Shown: piece by piece, positions 19,071 to 27,676 of the stretch
Layout of the letters: each line of letters starts with the position of its first letter
Numbering within the stretch: position 1 is the first letter of the stretch
Assembly (NCBI GenBank): GCA_001768515.1
Contig: MEOA01000020.1
Location: forward strand, 5,873 to 69,872
Source of the DNA: Bacteroidetes bacterium GWE2_42_24
GTDB taxonomy: Bacteria > Bacteroidota > Bacteroidia > Bacteroidales > TTA-H9
Direction of reading: 5' to 3'
DNA length: 64,000 nucleotides
Notes under the pieces: generated by a model
The model's input: the letters and a program-made list of their open reading frames with translations, nothing else
The model's database searches: none
What the model was told of the DNA's origin: nothing
Program-made: the position numbers and the translations under genes

Positions 19071-19706
19071 ATGAGCGTTTTAGTTGGCCGAAAAGCCCCT
19101 TTATTTGAAGCAGATGCCGTTGTAAACGGTGGTGAATTCGTTGAGAAATTCTCACTTGAGCAGTATATTGGAAAGAAGCATGTCGTTTTCTTCTTTTATC
19201 CGCTTGATTTTACGTTTGTATGCCCTACTGAAATCCTGGCCTTTCAGGAGAAGTTAGCAGAGTTTGAAGCCAGAAATGTAGCAGTAATTGGTTGTAGTAT
19301 CGATTCCAAGTTCTCGCATTGGGCATGGCTTAATACCGAACTGAAAGATGGTGGTATTAAGGGTGTCAGGTTCCCGCTGGTTTCTGATCTGAGTAAGACC
19401 ATTTCAACCAATTTTGATGTTCTTGCTGGTTCTTATGAATACGATGACGAAGATGATGAAGTTTATTTCGATGGTGAAGCTGTTGCTTACCGTGGATTAT
19501 TCCTGATCGATAAACAAGGTATAGTACGGCATCAGCTGGTTAACGATCTGCCCTTGGGTCGTAATGTAGATGAAGCCCTTCGTATGGTTGATGCACTTCA
19601 GTATTTCGAAGAAAATGGCGAAGTTTGCCCGGCTAACTGGCATAAGGGTGAAAAGGCCATGAAACCTACCCATGATGGTGTCTCAGATTATCTGGGCTCG
19701 AAATAG
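19071..19706 (+). CDS. Typical 2-Cys peroxiredoxin (AhpC/Prx1 family)
   Basis: Peroxidatic motif FTFVCPTEI and resolving Cys in EVCPANW. An acidic insertion (YEYDDEDDEVYFDG) is present. Confidence 0.9.
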   Translation: MSVLVGRKAPLFEADAVVNGGEFVEKFSLEQYIGKKHVVFFFYPLDFTFVCPTEILAFQEKLAEFEARNVAVIGCSIDSKFSHWAWLNTELKDGGIKGVRFPLVSDLSKTISTNFDVLAGSYEYDDEDDEVYFDGEAVAYRGLFLIDKQGIVRHQLVNDLPLGRNVDEALRMVDALQYFEENGEVCPANWHKGEKAMKPTHDGVSDYLGSK

Positions 19707-19734
19707 CAATCTGATAATCTGACCTTATCAAGGT

Positions 19735-19808
19735 GTCGGTCAAAGTCTTTCTGTACCTGCCGGAATACCCCGGAGATGTGCCGAATGGTTTTTGACCGAC
19801 ATTTTTTC
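19735..19808 (+). terminator. Possible terminator structure after the peroxiredoxin gene
   Basis: A 10-bp long-range stem gtcggtcaaa / tttgaccgac (19735-19744 and 19791-19800) is followed by attttttc. The large internal loop lowers confidence. Confidence 0.4.
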
Positions 19809-19823
19809 TTATAATATATTCTA

Positions 19824-20654
19824 ATGAAACAAATAGCACTGGTTTTTGATTTCGATGATACACTGGCTCACGATAGTACTTCGGCCTTCCTTGAGAGCAT
19901 AGGCGTTGATGTAGTCAGATTCTGGAAAGAAGAAGTTCAGTTGCTTGACCAGTCTGATTGGGATCCAATCCCCGCTTATCAGTATGCACTGATACAACTC
20001 TCGAAGAAAAGGCAGGAAGGCCCCATTACTCAGGAGATGCTGTGTAAGTTTGGAAAGAAGCTGAAATTCCATCCCGGCGTTACCAGGGTGTTCGAAAATC
20101 TTAGGAGTTATGCTGCATCTAGGTATTCAGATATAGGACTTGAATTCTATATCATTTCCAGCGGAGTAGGAGAGATTGTCCGAAACACCAGGATTGCAAA
20201 AGAGTTTACCGAAATCTGGGCAAGCGAATTTCATTATGATGAAACCGGCGCAATCGACTTCCCACGTAAAGTTATTTCCTTCACGGATAAAACGCGTTAT
20301 CTATTCCAAATTTCCAAAGGCATCATTGGGGAAAGATCACGTAACAATCCCTTTGCTGTGAACCGCAGGGTTCCTTATAAAGATTTCAGGATTAAAATGG
20401 AACACATGATCTTCGTAGGTGATGGCTATACAGATGTTCCATGTTTCTCGCTTGTCAAACGATATAATGGCATCACTTTCGCTGTGTACGACAAGTATCG
20501 GCAGGATCGTTGGGGCAAGGCCTGGAATTTCATTACTGACGGACGTGTATCAGGGTTGTTATCTGCCGATTATACAGCCGACAGTGACCTTACCCGTTCG
20601 CTGATGATGGCCGTCGATGCTATCGCCACGAAACTATTAATAGAAGAGGAATAG
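19824..20654 (+). CDS. HAD-superfamily hydrolase (subfamily IB-like)
   Basis: Motif I is FDFDDTL and motif IV is FVGDGYTDVPCF. 276 aa; substrate unknown. Confidence 0.65.
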   Translation: MKQIALVFDFDDTLAHDSTSAFLESIGVDVVRFWKEEVQLLDQSDWDPIPAYQYALIQLSKKRQEGPITQEMLCKFGKKLKFHPGVTRVFENLRSYAASRYSDIGLEFYIISSGVGEIVRNTRIAKEFTEIWASEFHYDETGAIDFPRKVISFTDKTRYLFQISKGIIGERSRNNPFAVNRRVPYKDFRIKMEHMIFVGDGYTDVPCFSLVKRYNGITFAVYDKYRQDRWGKAWNFITDGRVSGLLSADYTADSDLTRSLMMAVDAIATKLLIEEE

Positions 20655-20712
20655 AAGGGGGTACCGTATCTGGAACGCTTTTCCATTTGAGAATTGCGAA
20701 GAGCACCCAATA

Positions 20713-21261
20713 CTATTTCTTTCCCGTCTCTATCGTAATTTCCATATGTCCCGACGTATTGATGTAATCTTCCTTCGCACGCCCTGTTAGCCCCTGCATT
20801 TGGGCTTCATGGTTTAGGGCAGCATAACGACGAGCTTCCCGCTTGATTTTTTCCAACATCTCGGGGGTCAGATCATAACTTCGCTTGTCATCACTTGATG
20901 GTTTATTTTTGATGACAATACTACCCGACTTGGTAGTGATGGAATCAGGTTGTCCCTGACTGGCATAATAGGCAGAAAGTTTTTCGATGTGCATCTTAAA
21001 TTCAGCCATTTCAACAGTGTCCATAACACTCGTAACTGTTTTTCCTTTTAAATATGCATGAAGGTTGAAGGTTCCGGCTTTTTCTTCTATCCAAGCATAT
21101 TGGAAGATTGAATCTGCAAATTGCGGGAACAGCAGGTAAGCCCTCTTTTCGGTCAAGTCGATGGTGTCCCCAACTACTGGATGAAGAATAACGGGTTGGG
21201 CCTGTAAACAGAATGAAAAGAGTAGGGAGGCCAATAAAAGTTTCAAATTCTTTGATTTCAT
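20713..21261 (-). CDS. Hypothetical secreted protein
   Basis: 182-aa ORF with a signal peptide (LLLASLLFSFCLQAQ). I recognised no family. Confidence 0.5.
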   Translation of the reverse strand: MKSKNLKLLLASLLFSFCLQAQPVILHPVVGDTIDLTEKRAYLLFPQFADSIFQYAWIEEKAGTFNLHAYLKGKTVTSVMDTVEMAEFKMHIEKLSAYYASQGQPDSITTKSGSIVIKNKPSSDDKRSYDLTPEMLEKIKREARRYAALNHEAQMQGLTGRAKEDYINTSGHMEITIETGKK

Positions 21262-21438
21262 GTGGGTGATTTTTTATACGGGTATTTTCTCTATCCCTGA
21301 ATTGACGTCTTCATGTTTGTACTATTGGGTAAGAGTGTATGACTGGTGACGGGATTTAGGGCAGAACCTAAGCCCAAAGGTAACGCATTTCTTGGAAGTT
21401 GTAGCAGGGAGGAAACTAGTTGTCAGTAAAGCTGTATG

Positions 21439-23016
21439 TTATTTCAGTACAATTATTGTTGAAAAAGTATGTTCTCCGCTGATTCTTATAAGGTATAAAC
21501 CTCTCCCCGATAGCCTACTGAAATCGACTGGTATGTTACCCTGAATACATATTTTTTGTTGGTTGAACAATCTCTTTCCACTCATATCGAACAGTTCAAC
21601 CTGAAATAGTCCATCATTTGCTTTGGGAAGTCGAATGACCACAGTTCCGTTGGAAGGATTAGGTGCTACACTGACTGATACGGTTGAAATTTGGGATACT
21701 CCTTCTCCCGATTGCCATTCAAAGGCTCCAATATCAATTCTGCCCTTTACAAGCCTTAGTTGGTTTGCAAAGTCGACAGGAGGAATTTGTAGTGCAGCGG
21801 TGTCTGGATTCCCGGCATCACGTAAGGGTGATGAATCGGATAATGCCCAGGGTAGTGGGCCTTTAATGTCGAAGTAATTGGCAGTGTCAAGATTATCCGC
21901 GAAGACTCCATGGTACCCTCCCAGAGCACCACTTCCTGCAAAATTATTGAGCCCGCCTTCAATGTTTGAATAGAAGAAGTTAGGGTGAGAGTATATATCC
22001 CAGATGTAAACCTGAGGACCATCGCCTCCAAAGGTGTAATTGTTTGTAATAATCGAGTTGATAACTGTAGGCGCTGCCGAATCGTTGCAATAAAAACCTC
22101 CGCCGTAGGCGGCGTAATTATCGACGATAGTATTGTTTGCGAAGACGGGATCACAAGCATTGTTGCAGGCCACGCCACCACCGAAGTAAGCAGGTCCGTT
22201 CTGATGAATCACGTTGTTACTGATGATCCTGGCAGGACGGCAGTGAACCAGAGATATTCCTCCGCCAATCAGTGCGCTGTTACCTTTAAACTCGTTAAAG
22301 CGTATTAACGGGTCGCTATAGTAGAAACAAAGGCCACCTCCAAGCCATCCACCCTTATTATTGTAAAAAGTGCAATGTTCAACAATCGGCGACGCCTCTC
22401 TGGCGTAAAGAGCACCACCAAATCCTGTCAGAGAGTCATAGACCCGGCAATTTTCAAAAGAGCAATGTTGAAATATAATATTTGCACCGGCTGTCATGGC
22501 AGCAGCGCCGCCGCCACTCCATGAATGTGTGGAGATGAAATTACAGAAAGAGAACCTGAGTTTGCTAAATCCAACGGCGGTAATGGCGCCTCCCCATGAG
22601 GTTTCGCCTGCATCGCGCTTGTCCTTCGTATATTCGAAAACTGTGTTTGTAAATATAGATGAGTCGGTATTTGCTACCATGTGACTGAAGACAATCCCCT
22701 GCCAGGCGCCTGTTAGCTGACTTGAATCAGCAAATCCTGTGGAGTCAGGTACAGTGAAGATTACCGGTTGTTCTGATGTCCCATTTGAATTCACCGATCC
22801 CCATACATTGAAAATGGCTGGCTCGATAAACACGACCCTTGTCCCAGGGTTAATAACCAGCGACTCTCCTTCATTTATCCAAATGTCGCCTGTTACATGG
22901 ATTAAATTGTCCCATGTTCCACTAACAGCGCCTGAAACAATAACCTGACTTTTGAGCGTACCCGCATGGATAAGAAGGGTAAGGAACGTTAACAGCAAAC
23001 AGTATATTTTCTTCAT
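21439..23016 (-). CDS. Right-handed beta-helix (pectin-lyase-fold) protein with a T9SS C-terminal sorting domain
   Basis: It has a signal peptide and repeated G/N-rich turns (GGGA..., NNxI). The C-terminus SVAPNPSNGTVVIRLP...VELFDMSGKRL...GLYLIRISGE...IIVLK is typical of a type-A CTD. Confidence 0.75.
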   Translation of the reverse strand: MKKIYCLLLTFLTLLIHAGTLKSQVIVSGAVSGTWDNLIHVTGDIWINEGESLVINPGTRVVFIEPAIFNVWGSVNSNGTSEQPVIFTVPDSTGFADSSQLTGAWQGIVFSHMVANTDSSIFTNTVFEYTKDKRDAGETSWGGAITAVGFSKLRFSFCNFISTHSWSGGGAAAMTAGANIIFQHCSFENCRVYDSLTGFGGALYAREASPIVEHCTFYNNKGGWLGGGLCFYYSDPLIRFNEFKGNSALIGGGISLVHCRPARIISNNVIHQNGPAYFGGGVACNNACDPVFANNTIVDNYAAYGGGFYCNDSAAPTVINSIITNNYTFGGDGPQVYIWDIYSHPNFFYSNIEGGLNNFAGSGALGGYHGVFADNLDTANYFDIKGPLPWALSDSSPLRDAGNPDTAALQIPPVDFANQLRLVKGRIDIGAFEWQSGEGVSQISTVSVSVAPNPSNGTVVIRLPKANDGLFQVELFDMSGKRLFNQQKICIQGNIPVDFSRLSGRGLYLIRISGEHTFSTIIVLK

Positions 23017-23038
23017 TTGGTGATTGTATTAGTTTAGG

Positions 23039-23710
23039 TTATTGGTAGTTCCTTTCTCCAAAAATGGCTGTGCCAACACGAATGATCGTGCTTCCTTCTT
23101 CAATGGCGATCTGATAATCGCCCGACATACCCATGCTGATTTCTTTGAATTCAGTCTGGTTCGCATAATATGTCTCCTTAATCCAAGAGAATATTTCTTT
23201 CAGATTTTTAAATTCCCGACGAACAAGATTTTGATCAGAGGAGAATGTTGCCATTCCCATGACACCTGTTATTGAAATGTTATGGAAGGTTTTAATCTCT
23301 GGCGATTCAATGAAGGTGATAGCTTCCTGCATATCGAGCCCGAACTTCGTTTCTTCTGAAGCAATATGGAATTGCAGCAGACATTTGATAATTCGGTTGT
23401 TTTTTTTTGCCTCTTTATCTATCTCATATAATAATTTGATGCTGTCAACACTATGAATGGTGTTAACAAAGGGGGCAATCAGTTTTACTTTGTTTGTCTG
23501 AAGGTGACCAATGAAGTGCCATTCAATATCAGCAGGTAATGCTGAAGCTTTAGTAGCAGCTTCCTGTGCTTTATTTTCTCCGAATATACGATGCCCTGAC
23601 TGGTAAGCCTGATGGGTTACTTCAATCGACTGGGTTTTTGAAACGGCAATCAATTTAATACCTTCTGGTAATCCAGCCTTGATGGTTTCAATATTTTTTC
23701 CAATGCTCAT
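23039..23710 (-). CDS. YggS-family pyridoxal-phosphate homeostasis protein
   Basis: 223 aa with LIAVSKTQ (PLP lysine), WHFIGHLQTNK and SMGMSGDY. Confidence 0.85.
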   Translation of the reverse strand: MSIGKNIETIKAGLPEGIKLIAVSKTQSIEVTHQAYQSGHRIFGENKAQEAATKASALPADIEWHFIGHLQTNKVKLIAPFVNTIHSVDSIKLLYEIDKEAKKNNRIIKCLLQFHIASEETKFGLDMQEAITFIESPEIKTFHNISITGVMGMATFSSDQNLVRREFKNLKEIFSWIKETYYANQTEFKEISMGMSGDYQIAIEEGSTIIRVGTAIFGERNYQ

Positions 23711-23736
23711 TTTTTCGAAACTTTTGGTAAGATTAA

Positions 23737-24279
23737 TTATACACAGTAGGTGCTTTCTGATAAAAACGCCTTGATGCTGTCCATTGCTAGTTTCAATCTC
23801 TTTTCCCCCTGTCCACTAATCACCTTGAAATTGACATTTCTGGATTCAAGGCTTTGTTTGTACAGGTCAAACAACAACTGGCGCATGTGTGGGTGTTCCC
23901 TCTGGGGGTCTTCCTGCCATTCAAGGTCTATGTCCATTAACAGGTAGAGAGGGTAGATGTGTTCGTTTACCTTCCGGGCGATCCATGGATGACAACGATT
24001 GTATTTAACCTCACTCCAGATTTTACAGACGGTGAGATCAGTATCGCAGAAGAGCATTCGGTTGGCTAATGTCGCCAGATGATCTTCATTGGCAAGTTGA
24101 TTTTGGGCAATTGTAAGAATATCGGCCTCGACATAGGGGCGGTTTAGCTGGTTGATAAATGTTCTGGCATATTCTTCTACGAAGAGCGTTTTATATTGTA
24201 TGGCCAATTGTGATGCTATCCATGACTTTCCTGTGCTTTCAGGGCCGGTGATAGCTATTCTGATGGCTTTCTGATTCAT
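23737..24279 (-). CDS. NadR-type ribosylnicotinamide kinase-like P-loop ATPase
   Basis: P-loop IAITGPESTGKSW. The start ATG at 24279 overlaps the pnuC stop (ATGA), indicating translational coupling. The track ORF extends to 24312. Confidence 0.7.
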   Translation of the reverse strand: MNQKAIRIAITGPESTGKSWIASQLAIQYKTLFVEEYARTFINQLNRPYVEADILTIAQNQLANEDHLATLANRMLFCDTDLTVCKIWSEVKYNRCHPWIARKVNEHIYPLYLLMDIDLEWQEDPQREHPHMRQLLFDLYKQSLESRNVNFKVISGQGEKRLKLAMDSIKAFLSESTYCV

Positions 24280-24884
24280 GCTTTCAGTGTGGTTTTGTAT
24301 GATTTGGTCCATTCGATGTAACCAGAGGTGGCCAGAAACAGAAATGCAAGATATTGAAGACCTGTGAATGCAAGTCCCATGAAAATGCTTAAAGGAATCA
24401 TGAGTATGTCTCCCACAATCCAGAGTATCCAGGTCTCACGCTTTTTGATGGCCTGAAGCCACATGGCTACAATGAAAAGAGCTGTGGTAAAACTGTCCAT
24501 CCATGGGATAGGACTATCGGTGTAGCGTTTCAGGATAAAATAGAGAACCAGACTGATTATTGCGATGACTATCACGAAAAGTGTTTTGTAGAAGGGCGAA
24601 AGTATGGTGACCCTCAATGGTGATCCCTCTGAGTTCCGGCTCCAATTGTACCAGCCATAAAGACTTGTGATAAAGAACACGGCATTGATGGCCATATTGG
24701 CATACATGCCTGTTTTAAAGAATAAATAGACATATATCAGAACATTTACCAATCCAAATGGGTAAACAAGGATGTTCTCTTTCCGGCAATACCATACACT
24801 TATAATTCCCGTGATCACGGCAATGTATTCCATGACCGGAGTATTGATGATCTCGGCTAGTAAGGTTCCCCAAATATCTGTCAT
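24276..24884 (-). CDS. pnuC: Nicotinamide riboside transporter PnuC
   Basis: 202-aa polytopic membrane protein of PnuC size and pattern. It is coupled to the NadR-like kinase gene. Confidence 0.8.
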   Translation of the reverse strand: MTDIWGTLLAEIINTPVMEYIAVITGIISVWYCRKENILVYPFGLVNVLIYVYLFFKTGMYANMAINAVFFITSLYGWYNWSRNSEGSPLRVTILSPFYKTLFVIVIAIISLVLYFILKRYTDSPIPWMDSFTTALFIVAMWLQAIKKRETWILWIVGDILMIPLSIFMGLAFTGLQYLAFLFLATSGYIEWTKSYKTTLKA

Positions 24885-24915
24885 TACAGTAGATTTACAG
24901 TGGTGAAATTTTAGT

Positions 24916-24923
24916 CAAAGGTA
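24916..24923 (-). promoter_or_regulatory. Bacteroidota -7 box (TAccTTTG) for pnuC
   Basis: The minus strand reads catacctttgac about 32 nt upstream of the pnuC ATG. Confidence 0.5.
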
Positions 24924-24955
24924 TGGCTTTACAGCAACCTCGCCAAAAAAGAGAT

Positions 24956-26869
24956 CTACTGTCGGGTATAAAAATAGATTTTCTGATTTAACTCATCAGG
25001 AATGAAAGGTTTGTTAAGGATGTCGGTCATTCCTGCCCGCATTACACCTTCTTTTACTTCGTTAAAAGCCGAGGCAGTCAGGGCTACAATTGGAATATTC
25101 CGATAGTAATCATCATCCATTTTCCTGATGCGAATACTTGTTTCGTAACCATCAAGATCGGGCATTTGCAGATCCATCAGAACGATGTTATATTTCTTTT
25201 TTACAATCATGCTGAGTGCCTGAAAGCCATTCGATGCAACATCTGTAGTGCATTTCCAGCGGTCCAGAAATTTGTTGGCAATCATCTGGTTTATTTTATT
25301 GTCCTCAACCAGCAAAACGTTGATACCGGCCAATGAAAAAAGTTTATTTCCGTCGGCCTTTACAATAGTATGTTCATGCTGCAGGTCGGTAGTGTCAAAG
25401 GGTAGTTCAAATGAAAAAACGCTACCTGTACCAACCTTACTTCTGACACGAAGATATCCACCCTGAAGTTCGACCAGTTTTCGTGTTATTGCAAGCCCCA
25501 GACCTGTCCCGCCATATTTACGGGTTGTGTTTGCATCAGCCTGACTGAAGAATTCAAAAATTGTCTCCAGCTTTTGTTCTTCAATGCCAATCCCTGTATC
25601 GGTAACAGAGAACTGTATAAAAGTTGGTGTGTCCTCTTTAGCCAGAGATACTTTTACTCTAATTTCTCCCTTCTCTGTAAACTTCAAGGCATTACCGATC
25701 AGGTTTGTTAGTATCTGGTTTAGCCTCATCGAGTCTCCCGCAACAACCTCCGGTAGTTCGCGACCGAAGTCAAGAGAAAGATCAATTCCTTTGTCGGCCG
25801 CTTTAAAGGTAAATATTTTAATCAACCCGTTGATTTGTTCCTTTAGATTGAATTCTATCTTCTCGAATTGGATTCCCGTGGCTTCTATCTTACTAAAATC
25901 GAGGATATCGTTAACGATAGACATGAGTTGATTGCCCGAAAACTCGAGGGTATTCAGGTAATCAAGCTGGTCGGCCCGAGGGTCTTCCTGCGCAAGCAGG
26001 TGAACAGTTCCCAGAATTCCATTCAGTGGCGTTCTGATCTCATGACTCATCACCGATAAAAATTGTTGTTTGGCCTTTGTGGCTGCTTCCGCATCCTCTT
26101 TTGCCCGCATTAGTTCTTCCTCCCGTTTTTTTCTTTCTGTAATATCTCGAATAATCAGCAGTATTCCTGGTTTTTCTAATAATTCAATGATCGAACAGGA
26201 GTTCTCGCAGATAAACGTTGTCGCGTCTTTACGTCTGGCTTCCAGTTCAATTGGCTTAGCACCAGAGAAGGTGGTGTTTCCTGTTTGTTGAAAGGAGTCA
26301 GGCAAACTGAAATCTGGAAATAGTATATGGATGGGGCGATTGATCAGAGCATCATTCGGATAACCAAAGATACTATCAGTGGCTTCATTGCTGAAGGTTA
26401 TCAACAATTCCTGATCCAGAATGATAATGGAATCATTAGCCGCTGATGTCAGTGTTTTAAATTTCAATTCACTAATGGCAGCCCGCTTTCGTTGGATGGT
26501 TTCTTCGCCAAGCCGTTCAATCGTTTTGAAGAGATTCTGTCGGTTAACCGGTTTGATTAGAAAGCTATCAACCCCCAGTTCAATGGCATCAATAAAGAAG
26601 TTTGCTTCATTGTGAGCCGATAGGATCATTGTCCGGATATTCGGAAGAAATTGCCTGATTGTGCGTATTAATTCCAGACCGCTGATCCCTTGCATTTTGA
26701 TGTCGGTCATTAACAATTCTGGCCTGAAAAGACGAGCAATCTCAATGGCTTCATCACCATTGGAGGCTGTCTCGAGTTGCTGTATGCGGCGCATAAGCAG
26801 TTCTGTCATTGGGATTCTGATGAAATCTTCATCCTCAACATATAGTACTTTTATAGGGATTTTTTCCAT
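24956..26869 (-). CDS. Hybrid sensor kinase: REC-PAS-HisKA-HATPase-REC
   Basis: 637 aa. It has an N-terminal receiver (VLYVEDED...LLMTDIKM), an H-box (SHEIRTPLNGI), N/G boxes (NLIGNALKFT, GTGLGLAI) and a C-terminal receiver (VLLVEDNKIN...VLMDLQMPDLDG). Confidence 0.85.
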   Translation of the reverse strand: MEKIPIKVLYVEDEDFIRIPMTELLMRRIQQLETASNGDEAIEIARLFRPELLMTDIKMQGISGLELIRTIRQFLPNIRTMILSAHNEANFFIDAIELGVDSFLIKPVNRQNLFKTIERLGEETIQRKRAAISELKFKTLTSAANDSIIILDQELLITFSNEATDSIFGYPNDALINRPIHILFPDFSLPDSFQQTGNTTFSGAKPIELEARRKDATTFICENSCSIIELLEKPGILLIIRDITERKKREEELMRAKEDAEAATKAKQQFLSVMSHEIRTPLNGILGTVHLLAQEDPRADQLDYLNTLEFSGNQLMSIVNDILDFSKIEATGIQFEKIEFNLKEQINGLIKIFTFKAADKGIDLSLDFGRELPEVVAGDSMRLNQILTNLIGNALKFTEKGEIRVKVSLAKEDTPTFIQFSVTDTGIGIEEQKLETIFEFFSQADANTTRKYGGTGLGLAITRKLVELQGGYLRVRSKVGTGSVFSFELPFDTTDLQHEHTIVKADGNKLFSLAGINVLLVEDNKINQMIANKFLDRWKCTTDVASNGFQALSMIVKKKYNIVLMDLQMPDLDGYETSIRIRKMDDDYYRNIPIVALTASAFNEVKEGVMRAGMTDILNKPFIPDELNQKIYFYTRQ

Positions 26870-26883
26870 GGTCTTGGCTGTAT

Positions 26884-27676
26884 TTAAAAGGTCAACGGTT
26901 GAAGAATGAGTGCAATTATAGGGTTTTGAGCGATTAGTTTGATGTTGAGGCTGAAATCTGACATTGTGGAGATTACCGACTTGTTTAGAATGCAGTTGCG
27001 TTCAACCTCATAAAACTGTTCAACTCCATTCATTTTCATGAATGAATCGATACAGTGGATATCCTTTGTTGAATTGTATCGAAAGGTTTTGTTGCCGTTT
27101 TTTATGGAAAATTCAAGAAACGTTTCATATGGACTATAAAAGTCCTTTTTTGATGAGAAGCCAAAAAAACCAAGGAAATCGCTGTTGATTTTCCTGACGG
27201 TCTTAATGGAAGCCAAAAGAAATATCTTCTTTTCAGTCCCATACAGTAGCTCTACAAACTCATGTCGTCTGGCTCTATTCTTTTTGAACATATCTATTCT
27301 GCCCATTTCTGTATGGGCAAGTATCAAAGATTTTTTTTGAATTGGTTTAATCGGGTATTGGTTGAAGCCTGCCCTGATAGCTTTATGCAGAAAATTTTTG
27401 AATTCGTAGGCTGCAGTTACCAGTATCGGAATAAAAGAAGTAATTTTTATTCCGGCTGTCATCTTAAGTCTTGCCATCACAGGCATATTGATAACGGCAA
27501 TAATCATATCTAAATAACGTGACCAGCACATGTTGAGTACTTCGAGTCGCTCAGAGACAGTCACTATTTTTTTCACGACACATAGGCATCATGGTAAATG
27601 GCGCCCAGTTAATCTCTTCGTCTTCTATAAAAAGAACTTCAATGTCAACTAAGTCATTCGATGTATTGTTCATCAT
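26884..27676 (-). pseudogene. Atypical receiver plus PAS-like protein split by a frameshift at an A7 tract
   Basis: The ATG at 27676 overlaps the upstream stop (ATGA). It opens a 41-codon frame ([24 protein letters not shown]...CREKNSDCL*) ending at 27551. The rest of the receiver continues in another frame from 27576 (KKIVTVSERLEVL...DMIIAVINMPVM...IPILVTAAYE...YPIKP). The frames meet at the homopolymer 27567-27573; a run of 6 or 9 A would fuse them. Confidence 0.6.

Noticed and set aside
21756-22308. Internal ORFs (141 aa on minus, 107 aa on plus) within the beta-helix gene region.
   Set aside because: They are alternative-frame or antisense ORFs inside a long, well-supported T9SS cargo gene.
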